Shown here: piece after piece, positions 9,938 through 18,364 of the stretch
Layout of the letters: each line of letters opens with the position of its first letter
How positions within the stretch are numbered: position 1 is the first letter of the stretch
Source: Actinomycetes bacterium
Lineage (GTDB): Bacteria > Actinomycetota > Acidimicrobiia > Acidimicrobiales > SZUA-35
Direction of reading: 5' to 3'
DNA length: 64,000 nucleotides
Assembly: GCA_024280015.1 (NCBI GenBank)
Contig: JAJRQY010000069.1
Location: 800 to 64,799 of the forward strand
Translations under genes and position numbers: made by a program
Notes under the pieces: model-generated
What the model saw: the letters and a program-made list of their open reading frames with translations, nothing else
Database searches by the model: none
What the model was told of the DNA's origin: nothing

Positions 9938-10399
9938 TTAAGTGAATTTAGACGCAAAACCTATTTGCAGCGCCGGACGGAAGAACTGTTCGACCCAGAC
10001 ATAGACGGATCCGAGAACTCGATCCAGTTCATCCTCAGTCTCGATGAGTGAGTTGTCCAAGTGCCCTTCAAGGAAGATGCCATCCTCGGCCCCGACGGAA
10101 AACTTGGCTCCGTACATCTTGTGGTTCCGCCTCAGAAGGTGAGCAAAGAACTCTGCTTCGTTCTCGATTGGCCAAGGCATGACATAGCACTCGAAGTACA
10201 GGCTTCGTTGACCCAGCTCAAAACGGACAGTACTGAAGTCCTTCTCTTCACCGGCGAGGCGTACAAACCAACGGCGATTGCCTGGAGTATCCCGCTCGAC
10301 GGAGGCAACAGCAGGGTTCGTTTCCAACTGTTCATCCAGCCAATGATCGAGCACAGCCTCGAGCCGGGCCAGATCCTCTGAACTCTGCAGACCGGGCAT
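9938..10399 (-). CDS. YbjN-domain (T3SS chaperone-like) protein
   Basis: LAGEEK...LLRRN...ELDRVLG...ALQIGF; typical mshA neighbour in Actinobacteria. Confidence 0.8.
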   Translation of the reverse strand: MPGLQSSEDLARLEAVLDHWLDEQLETNPAVASVERDTPGNRRWFVRLAGEEKDFSTVRFELGQRSLYFECYVMPWPIENEAEFFAHLLRRNHKMYGAKFSVGAEDGIFLEGHLDNSLIETEDELDRVLGSVYVWVEQFFRPALQIGFASKFT

Positions 10400-10411
10400 C
10401 CTGCGGTTCTC

Positions 10412-11656
10412 CTACTCGCCGCAGGGGGCCAGAGTCTTGACTGTTACTTCACCGTAGATCTCGCGCAGTCGAGCGGCTGATGTGCTCCAGGTGTACTCGC
10501 GAGCGCCGGCCGCGGCAGAAACCGAGAGGCGACGAGCCCAAACCGGGTCACCAAGGATGAGATCAACCCATTGGGCGTAGACGGCAGGATCACGCGAATC
10601 GACCAGATAGCCCGTGGTGCCGTGCTTGACCAGGGTCAACAAGCCCCCAACGGCGGAGGCAACAACCGGCGTTCCACAGGCAGCAGCTTCCAACGCAACC
10701 AAGCCAAAGGACTCAGAACGGCTGGGCACCAGGCACACGTCGGCGGCCCGATAGTAGGTGGAGAGCAGGTGGTGGGGTTGGGGCGGAACAAAGCGAACCC
10801 GATCACTCAGGCCCAGATCAACAACCAGCTGTCGGATGCGTTCGACCTCATCGCTTCCACCTGCACCACTGGCATCACCAACGATCCAGAGCTTGGCGTC
10901 TTCCCGTTCCAGTTGAGCCAGGCTTTCAATCGCGACGCCAACACCTTTCAGAGGTTGGATCCGACCAACAAACAGCAGTAGCGGTGAATCGTCAGCTTCC
11001 AGGGCCCAGCGCGCTCCGGCTTGGCTGCCGGGCGAGAAGAAGGCTTGGTCAACACCAGGGGGAACGATCTCGACCCGGTCACGATCTACCTCATAGAAGT
11101 AGGCAAGCTGTTCGGCTTCGGGATGACAGTTGGCCAACACCACATCGGCGCAGTGCATCACATCGGCTTCGGCCAGGGCTCGCCGCTCCGGCTCAGGGTC
11201 ACCACTCACGGCCTTGACCCGAGCGAGGGTATGGAAGGTGGTGACTAAAGGCAAGCTCAACTTGCGTTTCACGATCTGACCAGCAACTCCCGACAGCCAA
11301 TAGTTGGCGTGGATCACGTCTGGCTCGAAGTCAATCAAATCATCAATGACACCCAAAGCGAACTCTTCTACCAGTCCCTCCAGTTGTTCCTTGGTGGCCT
11401 CGGGGGGCCCGGCGTCAATGTGGACAACATCGAAACCTGGTTCAACCTGCACTCGGCGAGGTAGGTCCTTGTCCCAACGACGAACATAGACACGACAGAC
11501 CACTCCGGCCTGGGCAAGGGCCGAAACAAGCTCGCGGACATAGACGTTCATACCGCCACCATCGCCTGTGCCCGGTTGGGCCAGAGGAGAGGTGTGTAAG
11601 GAGAGAACGGCGACCCGACGCACGAAGGGTTTCAACGTCTCACAACCTGGTTCCAT
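10412..11656 (-). CDS. mshA: D-inositol-3-phosphate glycosyltransferase (mycothiol biosynthesis)
   Basis: HTSPLAQPGTGDGGGMNVY, GRIQPLKG, SESFGLVALEA; alternative start GTG 11623. Confidence 0.9.
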   Translation of the reverse strand: MEPGCETLKPFVRRVAVLSLHTSPLAQPGTGDGGGMNVYVRELVSALAQAGVVCRVYVRRWDKDLPRRVQVEPGFDVVHIDAGPPEATKEQLEGLVEEFALGVIDDLIDFEPDVIHANYWLSGVAGQIVKRKLSLPLVTTFHTLARVKAVSGDPEPERRALAEADVMHCADVVLANCHPEAEQLAYFYEVDRDRVEIVPPGVDQAFFSPGSQAGARWALEADDSPLLLFVGRIQPLKGVGVAIESLAQLEREDAKLWIVGDASGAGGSDEVERIRQLVVDLGLSDRVRFVPPQPHHLLSTYYRAADVCLVPSRSESFGLVALEAAACGTPVVASAVGGLLTLVKHGTTGYLVDSRDPAVYAQWVDLILGDPVWARRLSVSAAAGAREYTWSTSAARLREIYGEVTVKTLAPCGE

Positions 11657-11677
11657 TCCCTCATGAAGCCATCAGAC

Positions 11678-12214
11678 TCATTTCAGGACGGAGTCAATCG
11701 ACACTTCGCCGTCGCGGTAGCGGCGACCGATCTCCGCTTGGATGGCGTCAATTCGCTCGTGGAGCTGGCGACGAACACCAGAAAGTTCGGCTTCGATGTC
11801 ACCAATTCTCTCAAAGACCATGCGGAGCGAGCCATCGTCCAGCTTGTCGACGCCGGAGAGATCGCCGGGCGAAACAACCTTGTCCAACCGCTCAACCAGA
11901 GACAGGGCGATTGGCCCCGGCTCATTAATGACAACGGCCCGGCCACTTGCGCCTCCGGAACTATCGCCACTCAGAATTTCGGGGAGATTGAAGAGGAGGC
12001 CAGGAACATCGGCTTCGCCCTCGGCCTTACCAGCCCGGCGCTGCAGCTCGTGACCAACAATGTCCAGACGGCCCTGAGAAATCCGCCGAACCAGCGACAC
12101 ATCGTTCTCGGCCTGAGCGGCAGCAACCCGAGCCGACCTCAGATCGGGAAGAGACCGGTCAGTGATATCGGTAAGGGTGTCGTCATTGAGGAGATTGTCC
12201 AGCTGTTCGTTCAC
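11678..12214 (-). CDS. rsiG: RsiG/AmfC-like c-di-GMP-binding anti-sigma factor
   Basis: Two E-x3-S-x2-R-x3-Q/H-x3-D motifs (ENDVSLVRRISQGRLD; EAELSGVRRQLHERID) and C-terminal RRYRDGEVSIDSVL. Confidence 0.85.
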   Translation of the reverse strand: MNEQLDNLLNDDTLTDITDRSLPDLRSARVAAAQAENDVSLVRRISQGRLDIVGHELQRRAGKAEGEADVPGLLFNLPEILSGDSSGGASGRAVVINEPGPIALSLVERLDKVVSPGDLSGVDKLDDGSLRMVFERIGDIEAELSGVRRQLHERIDAIQAEIGRRYRDGEVSIDSVLK

Positions 12215-12273
12215 GTCGAACAGGCTACCGCCAGACTGCTGCCAGGCCCAGTTGGAGGCCGGATCGGCCCTGA

Positions 12274-13182
12274 CTACAGCAACAACAACCAGAGAGGTCC
12301 AGCGATGAGCAGTGAGTCCAGGCGCCGCAATCCGGGTGCCCACGAGTCGCCACGGGGCAGGATGGCCGAGCCAAGAATCTGTCCCAGAGGACAGCAGATG
12401 GCCGTAAGAACAGCGAACAAGACCGCCCGTGGGCCATCGAAGGGGGAAGGTTGGGTGATGGCCAGGGCCGCTCCAGCAACCGCCAAAACAGCAATGCCGG
12501 CAATCGGTCCCTCAATGGCGTTTGCCGATCCTGTTCCAACCAGGTAGTCGCCAACTTCATAGGCGCTAACCAGAATCACCAAGGCAATAGCAGCCCCAAC
12601 ACCCCGACCGGTCAACGCCACTAATGACCCGGCGGCGAGCCCAGCGGGAATAGAGGACCGGATCAAGATGCCGGTGAAGTCCAGCAGGGCTGCTTGTTGC
12701 GACTTGGGACGGTTCTGAAGGCGCGGGGATGCCGCGTTCCCAGTCCCCGCTCCCGCAGAGTTCGCTCCTGAAACGTGGTGATCAACCCCAGACAATGAAT
12801 AGGCAAAGGCAGCAAAACTCAGGATCACACAAGCCAAGCCAAGCCCGAAGGTCCCGGCCAGTCCCGACAAGGCCGTCAGTGCGCCAAATCCGGCGGCGAC
12901 CCTGCGGTCAGAGGGAGCATGGAAAGCCCAAGCGTGCCCGGTCTGCAGACCAGCGATGCCGGCAACAACAACGGCAACACCCGCGACCGCCCATTGGGAG
13001 AGCACGATGGCCAAGACAACGGCGACAAACCACAAGACGCTCAGGGAGATCGTTGGTCGATCAGTTCGATAGGGAACGGCGTAGCGTTCGTTCTTCCAGC
13101 GCTGCTCACGAGCCTTGTTGCGATTCTGCATCGCCGCTGTTCGACGTTCCTTAGCCGTCGCCCTCATCGTTAGTTCGGGCAT
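12274..13182 (-). CDS. Membrane protein, divergent phosphatidate cytidylyltransferase (CdsA)-like
   Basis: Multi-pass; YEVGDYLVG, IEGPIAG and RRLDSLL echo CdsA motifs, but the KR..KD..HGG signature is absent. Confidence 0.6.
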   Translation of the reverse strand: MPELTMRATAKERRTAAMQNRNKAREQRWKNERYAVPYRTDRPTISLSVLWFVAVVLAIVLSQWAVAGVAVVVAGIAGLQTGHAWAFHAPSDRRVAAGFGALTALSGLAGTFGLGLACVILSFAAFAYSLSGVDHHVSGANSAGAGTGNAASPRLQNRPKSQQAALLDFTGILIRSSIPAGLAAGSLVALTGRGVGAAIALVILVSAYEVGDYLVGTGSANAIEGPIAGIAVLAVAGAALAITQPSPFDGPRAVLFAVLTAICCPLGQILGSAILPRGDSWAPGLRRLDSLLIAGPLWLLLL

Positions 13183-13254
13183 AGGTTTGCCTCGCTACTC
13201 CTGGCCTCGCTGTTCTTGATCTCGCTGTTCTTGATCTCGTCGGCAATCATCGGA

Positions 13255-13491
13255 CTATCCACCAGAGACCGGGGGAAGGACCGCGACTTCGTCGGAGTCA
13301 GTCACAGGGTCGGTGAGTTCGGCTTGCACCCCATTAAGCCAAACGTTGGACCCGGCGAGCACCGCGGCAAAATCCGCACCGAACTGCTCTTGAGCCGCGG
13401 CAAGAACCTCGGCCACTGTTGCTCCCGGAATCTCCGTTGATCGGGTACCAGCGGCTTCTCTGGCTTGGGCGAAGAGGCGAAGGGTTGCCAT
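13255..13491 (-). CDS. moaD: MoaD/ThiS-family sulfur carrier
   Basis: LRLFAQAREAAG...DEVAVLPPVSGG with C-terminal GG. Confidence 0.85.
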   Translation of the reverse strand: MATLRLFAQAREAAGTRSTEIPGATVAEVLAAAQEQFGADFAAVLAGSNVWLNGVQAELTDPVTDSDEVAVLPPVSGG

Positions 13492-13644
13492 GATCGTTGA
13501 TTCTAGATCCCGAGAGCTTCCTCGCCACTAGGAAGCCTGACTGGAGCTTCTGGTCACAGCTGGCAGCTACGGCAAAGGATCAACCAGTACTCCCTAGGGT
13601 CAGCAGCCACGGGCGTGAGGTCGGCGTGAGGTCGGCCTAAGGTC

Positions 13645-14262
13645 ATGGGAGTGACCACCCTGCTTCTGACTCGCCATGGCCAATCAACCTGGAATGCCGA
13701 GCGGCGCTGGCAAGGCCAAGCCAACCCACCGCTTTCTGCTCTTGGTCGAGATCAGGCGTACTTCGCCTCACGTCGAGTTGGTGCCGTTGACCTTGTTGCG
13801 TCTTCCCCCCAGCTTCGAGCCCTGGAAACCGCGACCATCATCGCCACCCAGCTAGGCCTCGAACCGGTGATCGTGGTTGAAGACTTGAAGGAACGCTCGG
13901 CCGGACCATGGTCAGGTCTCACCCGCGAAGAAATTGAACAAGAATGGCCAGGGTGGGTCGAATCAGGTGAGCGGCCCGAGGGATACGAGCTGGATGAACC
14001 CCTCTTCGCCCGAGTGGACCAGGCCCTTCGAAGCCTGGTCAGCGAGTACCCAGTGGAATCAATGCTGGTGCTATCTCATGGCGGAGTGATCACCACAGTT
14101 GAATCCAAGCTCGGTCGACAAGACGGCCGAGTGCCCAACCTTTCGGGACGGGTCATTCAGACCAACAACCAATCCCCAGGACAGATTGGCTGGTCTCTTG
14201 GGGAACAGATCCGATTACTGGATGATGACCTGTCAACCGGCGGCGACGGGATTCGGGTTTGA
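13645..14262 (+). CDS. Histidine phosphatase (PGM-like) family protein
   Basis: RHGQSTWN...QGQ, SSPQLRA, SHGG. Confidence 0.92.
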   Translation: MGVTTLLLTRHGQSTWNAERRWQGQANPPLSALGRDQAYFASRRVGAVDLVASSPQLRALETATIIATQLGLEPVIVVEDLKERSAGPWSGLTREEIEQEWPGWVESGERPEGYELDEPLFARVDQALRSLVSEYPVESMLVLSHGGVITTVESKLGRQDGRVPNLSGRVIQTNNQSPGQIGWSLGEQIRLLDDDLSTGGDGIRV

Positions 14263-14777
14263 CCAATGATGCGCAGGCAACTGAGGTCCAGCCTCTTGAC
14301 GCGTTGACAGTTGAGGTCATCCGCAGCAAGCGCCGTAAGAAGTCCTCCCAGGCTCGCCTGGTTGAGAACCGCTTAGAGGTCCGCATTCCTTCTTGGTTTA
14401 GCGACAAGGAAGAGTCCGACACAGTCGAACACTTCGTCAAGAAATTCAAGCGGCGTCACACCTCGGCCACCGTTGACCTCAAAAAACGAGCCGCCTCACT
14501 CTGTCAAAGCTACGGCTATGCCCAGCCATCGTCGGTGCAATGGGTCACCAACCAACGTCATCGGTGGGGCTCTTGCACTCCAGAGCACGGCAGCATTCGT
14601 CTCTCAGACCGGCTGGCCGCCTACCCATCCTGGGTCGTTGACTATGTGCTCTGCCACGAGTTAGCACACCTCACCGAGCCGGGTCATGGACACGCTTTTT
14701 GGGCGCTAGTGAATCAGTACCCCTACACCGAGAGGGCCCGCGGGTTCCTGATCGCCAAGGGGATCGAGGGCGACTAG
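14259..14777 (+). CDS. YgjP-like zinc metallopeptidase-family protein
   Basis: RWGSCT...YVLCHELAHL...HGHAFW. Confidence 0.88.
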   Translation: MTNDAQATEVQPLDALTVEVIRSKRRKKSSQARLVENRLEVRIPSWFSDKEESDTVEHFVKKFKRRHTSATVDLKKRAASLCQSYGYAQPSSVQWVTNQRHRWGSCTPEHGSIRLSDRLAAYPSWVVDYVLCHELAHLTEPGHGHAFWALVNQYPYTERARGFLIAKGIEGD

Positions 14778-15049
14778 GACGAGGCTTGTGTCTGGTCAAG
14801 CTCGGCCAGGGTCAGGTCAACCTGATCCAGCGACTCTGCCAACGAGTCAAGGTCAACCATGCTCGGCAATCTGACCAGAGCGGCCTCAGTGTTGTCGGTC
14901 GCCACTTCGACCTGGGCCGAGCCAGTCCCGGTCACCTCGACGTGTTCTGACCGGACCGGGTCAGCGCCTTCTGACCGGACCGGGTCAGCGCCTTCTGGCC
15001 GGCTGGGGTGATCTGTGTGGCTGGCGGGAAACTGCTCGTTCGAACTCAC
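14774..15049 (-). CDS. Small acidic hypothetical protein
   Basis: Start overlaps the stop of the upstream lipoprotein gene; helical acidic C-terminus; contains the duplicated peptide EGADPVRS. Confidence 0.55.
   Translation of the reverse strand: MSSNEQFPASHTDHPSRPEGADPVRSEGADPVRSEHVEVTGTGSAQVEVATDNTEAALVRLPSMVDLDSLAESLDQVDLTLAELDQTQASS
14945..14997. repeat. 24-bp tandem duplication TTCTGACCGGACCGGGTCAGCGCC x2 (internally palindromic)
   Basis: Seen directly. Confidence 0.9.
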
Positions 15050-16125
15050 TGGTCAAGACTATCTCGACCAACAACCAGGCGTTGGCGAGCAAACGTCAGC
15101 GCCAATGGATCCGACACACCCAAGACCGAGGCAGGCTCACCACTTGAGGGGTCCAGAATCTCGACCCTTGATCCGTCTGGTCCCTTGCGAATGTAGGCCA
15201 GACGTTGCCCGTCAAAAGACAAGTTGCTGATCTGTTCGCCAGCCTCGCCAACCTGCAGGTTGAAGAGTTCGGCTTCGCTGGCCAAGTCTCGGGCAATGAT
15301 CCTGGTCAGGGCGACAACACCATCGCTGCGATAGGTCAGCTCGGTGTAGATCACCTTGCTTCGGTCCGGACTAAGAGCGACAGCCCCATAGGCCGGGCGT
15401 CGGGCGACAACACAAGCTGGTCGACCTGGCCCACCAAGATCAACCTTGGAACCAGCCGAATTGAAGAACAGGAGATCGCCGCAGCTCTCATCGGCGATCA
15501 CCACCGCATGCAGCCCGTTGCTAGCAGCCAGATCAAGCAAGGTCTGGCCTTCGTCCAGAGTGAGAAACTCGGCTCGTTCAAGATTGGGACTCAGGCTGAC
15601 GGTGTCAACGCGGGTGCCCTCAACTGCGATCAGGGCATGAACGGCACCAGTCGCGTCCAAGAATCCGACATCAAGAAGCACTCCCCCGGCGTCATCAAGA
15701 ATGATGGCCTCATCACCCTGGGCACCCAGCCATTGGATCTGGCCCGCTCCTTGTTGGATGACTAGGCCGCCGAAGTAGTCATCTACCAGCTTGTTTACTG
15801 CGATGCTTCCAACCGGGTCCGCAAGTCCGACAATCCCAGATTCTTCATCGTGAACAACCACTCCAGAACTTGCCCCAATCACCACAGAAGGCACGTACCC
15901 CTCTGGTCTTGGCGGAGCGAAGTCTCGAATCGCTGGGGTGGCTTCAGCTCCGTCAGGTTGTTCCTCACCCTCCTCGCTCACCTGTCCCTGTGCTGTGGTC
16001 ACCGACAGACCCGGATCCGCACCCAATTCTGGTTCGCCGATCTCCGCACAAGCCGACAGGAACAAGCCGAGCACAAGTGCAGCAGCGAAAAATACTGTGG
16101 TTGGAGGACAAGAGCGACGATGCAT
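15046..16125 (-). CDS. Hypothetical lipoprotein, probable beta-propeller
   Basis: Lipobox LSAC; ALSPDRSKVIY and SFDGQRLAY repeat-like motifs; the ORF-track extension through the tRNA is rejected. Confidence 0.7.
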   Translation of the reverse strand: MHRRSCPPTTVFFAAALVLGLFLSACAEIGEPELGADPGLSVTTAQGQVSEEGEEQPDGAEATPAIRDFAPPRPEGYVPSVVIGASSGVVVHDEESGIVGLADPVGSIAVNKLVDDYFGGLVIQQGAGQIQWLGAQGDEAIILDDAGGVLLDVGFLDATGAVHALIAVEGTRVDTVSLSPNLERAEFLTLDEGQTLLDLAASNGLHAVVIADESCGDLLFFNSAGSKVDLGGPGRPACVVARRPAYGAVALSPDRSKVIYTELTYRSDGVVALTRIIARDLASEAELFNLQVGEAGEQISNLSFDGQRLAYIRKGPDGSRVEILDPSSGEPASVLGVSDPLALTFARQRLVVGRDSLDQ

Positions 16126-16247
16126 TGTCCAACATGTTGCCATCGGTCGCTGCCTGAGAGGAGCCACTGGCACAAATCTCTTGCTCGCGGCGGCGCCTGC
16201 CAACCCGCTGGGGCGTCGCTTGCTGTTGTGGCCGATAGTCTCGTCTC

Positions 16248-16322
16248 GCCCCTGTGGCGCAGTCTGGTTAGCGCAGTGGACTTTTAATCCATTGGTCGTG
16301 GGTTCGAATCCCACCGGGGGCA
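16248..16322 (+). tRNA. tRNA-Lys(UUU)
   Basis: Cloverleaf: acceptor GCCCCTG/CGGGGGC, anticodon loop CTTTTAA, T-loop TTCGAAT; CCA not encoded. Confidence 0.96.
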
Positions 16323-16323
16323 C

Positions 16324-16453
16324 GTTTTCACCTGCGGTGAAACTCGAGTTAGTTCGCTGAGGCTCACGAACATCGTGGCCTCAAGCCAACCAACAACCAC
16401 ACGCCAACCCACCCAAAGACAGGTTTTCACCTGCGGTGAAACTCGAGTTAGTT
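16324..16453. repeat. Two perfect 31-bp direct repeats GTTTTCACCTGCGGTGAAACTCGAGTTAGTT (16324-16354, 16423-16453)
   Basis: Seen directly; 68-bp spacer; each unit has two internal dyads. Confidence 0.92.
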
Positions 16454-16505
16454 GGCGAAATGTGTGAAGTTACTCATGTCATGCACGGTGGCGATAACCT
16501 GCCGC

Positions 16506-16913
16506 ATGGCCAAAAAGGTGCTTGAACTGGATACGCCCTTCCGAACGGGTGAGCGAGTGGTTGCCGCTCGACCACTTCGGGGAGCGCCAATCGGCACCGT
16601 TGGCAAGGTTCGTTTGGTCAATGGACTCTCGGACTACAACGGCGGCAAGCAGTGGATCCGCTACTGGGTCCGTTTCGAGGACGGAAAGCTGCTTGGCCAG
16701 ATCGACCACAACGATCTCGTCCGACCAGTCCACGTACACGCATGGCAAGAGCGCGAGAACAACAGGATTGAAGAAGCCAACCGACCTCCCGTCGAGGAAG
16801 CCCCAGCGGTCGAATCCTCCTCTGGTGAAGGTGACGGTGGCATTGCCAGCCTCATCCCTGCTGCCCTTCTGGAACGCAGCAAGGCAGCCAAGGCCAGGCT
16901 TCTGGGCGGGTGA
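16506..16913 (+). CDS. Hypothetical protein (SH3-like N-terminal domain)
   Basis: FRTGERVVA...GTVGKV...RYWVRFEDG; TAACCT -10 box 5 nt before ATG; coupled to the next gene. Confidence 0.7.
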   Translation: MAKKVLELDTPFRTGERVVAARPLRGAPIGTVGKVRLVNGLSDYNGGKQWIRYWVRFEDGKLLGQIDHNDLVRPVHVHAWQERENNRIEEANRPPVEEAPAVESSSGEGDGGIASLIPAALLERSKAAKARLLGG

Positions 16914-17830
16914 TCCCCATCCATTCTCGAATACTGTCGGTGGCCGCTCTTGGCGTCATCCTGGTTGCATCCGGTTGCTCACGGCTTGAGCCTTCAACCG
17001 CGGGTTCAGCGGCCGTTCAGATAACCACCTCGACCATCCCCGCTGACGAGGTTGGCCTGTCCGACACGCCAACCACCGCCAACGGCGAACCGACATCAAC
17101 AACGGCCGAGACCACCACGACGTCCACCGCACCAGCCAGCCTCATCGGCGAACTCCAGTTGGACGTTCTCAACCGTTTCCCCCACGACACTTCGGCCTTC
17201 ACTCAAGGCCTGGCCAGCTTCAACGGCGACTTGGTCGAAAGCCTCGGCCTGTACGGAGCATCCGGAGTACGGCGCTATACCGCTGGGACCCCGGAACCAT
17301 TGGCAGCTGTTGACTTGGGTGATGAACTCTTTGGTGGGGGTATCGCCAACGTTGGTGACACGTTCGTGCAGCTGACTTGGCGCGAAGGCAAGGCCATTGT
17401 ACGAAACGCCGAGACTCTGGATGAAGTCAACACCTTTGACTACAGCGGCGAAGGCTGGGGAATCTGCAACGACGGAGTTCAGCTAGTGATGAGTGATGGG
17501 ACTGCCACCCTCACCTTCCGGGATCGCACCACGTTTGAGCCAGTTGGGTTTGTTTCGGTAACCCGTGACGGTCAACCGGTTGTCAATCTGAACGAGCTTG
17601 AATGTGTTGACGGTTTTGTCTGGGCCAATGTTTGGCTCTCTGATGAGATCCTCCGCATCGACCCCGTCAGCGGCGAGGTTGTTGCCTGGGTCGACGCATC
17701 ATCTCTGGTTCCTGCCGGAGTAGCTAGTGACGACGTCCTGAACGGCATTGCCTACTCGGCCAAGAGCGACTCGTTCTTCCTGACCGGCAAGCGGTGGCCA
17801 GAACTCTTCGAAGTTCGCTTCACAAGCTAG
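16910..17830 (+). CDS. Glutaminyl-peptide cyclotransferase (bacterial/plant-type QC), lipoprotein, paralog 1
   Basis: PHDTSAFTQGL, QLTW, GEGWG, LNELE, LNGIAY, TGKRWP. Confidence 0.9.
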   Translation: MIPIHSRILSVAALGVILVASGCSRLEPSTAGSAAVQITTSTIPADEVGLSDTPTTANGEPTSTTAETTTTSTAPASLIGELQLDVLNRFPHDTSAFTQGLASFNGDLVESLGLYGASGVRRYTAGTPEPLAAVDLGDELFGGGIANVGDTFVQLTWREGKAIVRNAETLDEVNTFDYSGEGWGICNDGVQLVMSDGTATLTFRDRTTFEPVGFVSVTRDGQPVVNLNELECVDGFVWANVWLSDEILRIDPVSGEVVAWVDASSLVPAGVASDDVLNGIAYSAKSDSFFLTGKRWPELFEVRFTS

Positions 17831-17836
17831 AGACCT

Positions 17837-18346
17837 TCACGGGCAACAAGCTTTATGGCCTACAAGCTTCATGTTCAACTGAGCAGCCAGCCAGGTTTCC
17901 TGCAACTGCAGCCACTGCCAACCGACTGGAGCCTTGGTTGAGCGTTGAAGTAATGCCATGGAAACCCGCGCAGTAATTGTTTCGGTTTCACCCGTGCTCT
18001 CGCTACCAGTCACGGGAGCCATGAACTCTTGCCATTCTTGGTAGCGCATCAAGATCGAGTCACCATTCACATCCAGGACTTTGGTTTCACGTATCTCAAT
18101 CCTTAGTCCGGGCCTGGTTCCGAAAGCGGGCTTGAAGTTGTGAAGCAGTTCCGAACGAGTGAGGGTGTCGCCGCTCGGTACCACCATCTCAAAGTTGGAG
18201 TGGAGTGAGGCCTCAAAGTCCGCCCAGTCCTCCGCCTTGCCTACACCGTCAAGAGTCCCACTAGTTCCTCCCAACCAGCGAACAAAAAACTCATGCAAAC
18301 GCACAACTTCAGCAGCGACTTGCTGACCTGCCTGAAACTCATTCAT
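17837..18346 (-). CDS. NTF2-like (DUF4440-type) hypothetical protein
   Basis: EVVRLHEFFVRWLGG...F.MV.PSG...RYQEWQ...WLQLQETW. Confidence 0.7.
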   Translation of the reverse strand: MNEFQAGQQVAAEVVRLHEFFVRWLGGTSGTLDGVGKAEDWADFEASLHSNFEMVVPSGDTLTRSELLHNFKPAFGTRPGLRIEIRETKVLDVNGDSILMRYQEWQEFMAPVTGSESTGETETITARVSMALLQRSTKAPVGWQWLQLQETWLAAQLNMKLVGHKACCP

Positions 18347-18364
18347 GTCTTGGTCGCTCGGGTC

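Noticed and set aside
11663-12547. 294-aa plus-strand ORF, and similar long antisense ORFs (e.g. 33702-34436, 52522-53352, 61620-62381)
   Set aside because: Shadow frames of well-supported opposite-strand genes, as expected in high-GC DNA.
16126-16323. N-terminal extension of ORF 15046..16323
   Set aside because: It is the antisense reading of tRNA-Lys; the signal peptide begins near 16125.
16324-16453. CRISPR array
   Set aside because: Only two units, the 68-bp spacer is too long, and there are no cas genes in the window; kept as an unexplained repeat.
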